From Bacillota bacterium (GTDB lineage Bacteria; Bacillota; Clostridia; Christensenellales; Aristaeellaceae), in assembly GCA_023398575.1 (NCBI GenBank), contig JAEWSC010000045.1:37436-61435 (forward strand): a DNA stretch of 24,000 nt, read 5' to 3'. The translations under genes and the position numbers were made by a program. The notes below the pieces were generated by a model. The model saw only the letters and a program-made list of their open reading frames with translations. It ran no database searches and was not told the DNA's origin. Numbering within the stretch: position 1 is the first letter of the stretch; every line of letters starts with the position of its first letter. Below, piece by piece: positions 23,085-24,000 of the stretch.

Positions 23085-23747
23085 ATGAATATCAGCAATC
23101 AAGTGATCAAGCATTATTTGAAAAACGTGCTGTTTATCAACGGCACGTCCTATGCGGGCAAATCAATCATGGTGAAAATGCTGGCCGACAAGTATGGCCT
23201 GATTCACTGCGGCGAGAATTACGATTGCGTTCCCCCGGGGTTTATCACGCCGGATAAGTACCCAAACCTTGCTTATTTTCAAACCATGAATAGCTGGCAG
23301 GAGTTTTGCGGCAGAACGCCTGAGCAATATGACAACTGGATTCAGGGCTGCACGCAGGAATTGATTGAGTTTGAGGTGACGTATTTAATGCGCATCTCCC
23401 ACACGCAAAAGGTGATTGTGGATACCAACCTGCCCGCCCATGTGCTGCGCGAAATTGCAGATTATCATCAAGTGGCGGTGATGCTGGCTCCGCCTGCTAT
23501 GGCCATTGAAAACTTCTTCAACCGTGATGATGACAAGCCATTCATACTGGAACAAATCAAGAAAATGGACGATCCCGAAAAAGGCCTGGCCAACTACCAC
23601 GCCATACTGGAAAGGGTATGCCGCCAGGAGTATTACGATCAATGGGCCGCCAGCGGTTTTTTCACGCTGGTCAGAGAGGATACGGTAAACGATACCCGTG
23701 CAGAAACCATGGCCGCGCTGGCAAAGCACTTTGGGCTTGTGGCGTAG
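23085..23747 (+). CDS. P-loop NTPase/kinase-like hypothetical protein.
   Basis: The ATG at 23085 follows GAGGAG. Upstream ORF-track codons overlap the terminator. A Walker-A-like GTSYAGKS lies near the N-terminus (INGTSYAGKSIM). Confidence 0.6.
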   Translation: MNISNQVIKHYLKNVLFINGTSYAGKSIMVKMLADKYGLIHCGENYDCVPPGFITPDKYPNLAYFQTMNSWQEFCGRTPEQYDNWIQGCTQELIEFEVTYLMRISHTQKVIVDTNLPAHVLREIADYHQVAVMLAPPAMAIENFFNRDDDKPFILEQIKKMDDPEKGLANYHAILERVCRQEYYDQWAASGFFTLVREDTVNDTRAETMAALAKHFGLVA

Positions 23748-23773
23748 GGCGTATCATGCGGTATCCACCGCAT

Positions 23774-24000
23774 CTATGGCTGCTCACCCTGCAAATTTAG
23801 ATACCAAATCAGCGCGACCTCTTGCCGGCTGTCCAAATCGTTGTAATAGAAATATTCATCAAAAGCGCCAAGCACAGCTCCCGCCCTGCGATAAAAGCGG
23901 ACGGCCGGCACATTGTTGTTTTGACACTCGATTTTCATTTGCACAAAGCCCCTGTCCTTTGCCCATTTGACCGCCATTTGTAAGAGCCTGGTTCCAACGC
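23774..24000 (-). CDS. GNAT-family acetyltransferase, C-terminal part. The 5' end lies beyond the window end.
   Basis: The reading frame stays open upstream of the listed Met to the window edge (...VGTRLLQMAVKWAKDRGFVQMKIECQNNNVPAVRFYRRAGAVLG). This has the GNAT motif A/B pattern. Confidence 0.7.
   Translation of the reverse strand, partial: VGTRLLQMAVKWAKDRGFVQMKIECQNNNVPAVRFYRRAGAVLGAFDEYFYYNDLDSRQEVALIWYLNLQGEQP

Noticed and set aside
1-24000. Search for CRISPR repeats, tRNA/rRNA genes, IS elements, integrases, or toxin-antitoxin and defence-system genes.
   Set aside because: I found no regularly spaced direct repeats, no tRNA-like T-arm/acceptor patterns, and no transposase, integrase or nuclease/helicase-type ORFs. 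The accessory character of the window is metal(loid)- and envelope-related rather than mobile or defence-related.

Overview
This is 24 kb of a moderately GC-rich, Clostridia-like chromosome, judged from strong AGGAGG-type SD sequences and gene content. It carries about 25 protein-coding genes. I found no rRNA, tRNA, CRISPR array or IS/transposase.

Gene order, left to right:
- A trkA fragment and a small TPR-like gene (-).
- A hairpin-dense 375-bp spacer.
- A kdpE/kdpD-like two-component pair (-).
- A membrane-anchored PAF-acetylhydrolase-like alpha/beta hydrolase.
- A LytTR regulator with a small 4-TM partner.
- A PadR regulator divergent from the chromate transporter chrA.
- A GH31 glycosidase.
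- A metal(loid) block: arsR, ArsP-like permease, thioredoxin-like protein, acr3, arsC | terminator | marR-type regulator, hgcA, hgcB, phosphinothricin/arsinothricin-type N-acetyltransferase | terminator.
- A cell-envelope block: a secreted S1 protease with Fn3 repeats (-), an ECF-type sigma factor, a membrane-anchored putative anti-sigma factor, a secreted hypothetical protein and a protein with three PG-binding domains.
- A P-loop protein and a partial GNAT gene (-).

The main finding is the gene pair at 13849-15342. It encodes a corrinoid-type protein with the NVWCAAGK cap-helix motif and a C-terminal multi-TM domain. Next to it is a 2x[4Fe-4S] ferredoxin ending in Cys-Cys. This is the HgcA/HgcB mercury-methylation signature. 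The pair sits inside an arsenic-resistance neighbourhood, under a MarR-type regulator that is rich in vicinal cysteines.

All functional calls come from my reading of motifs in the supplied translations and the raw sequence. No database search was run.
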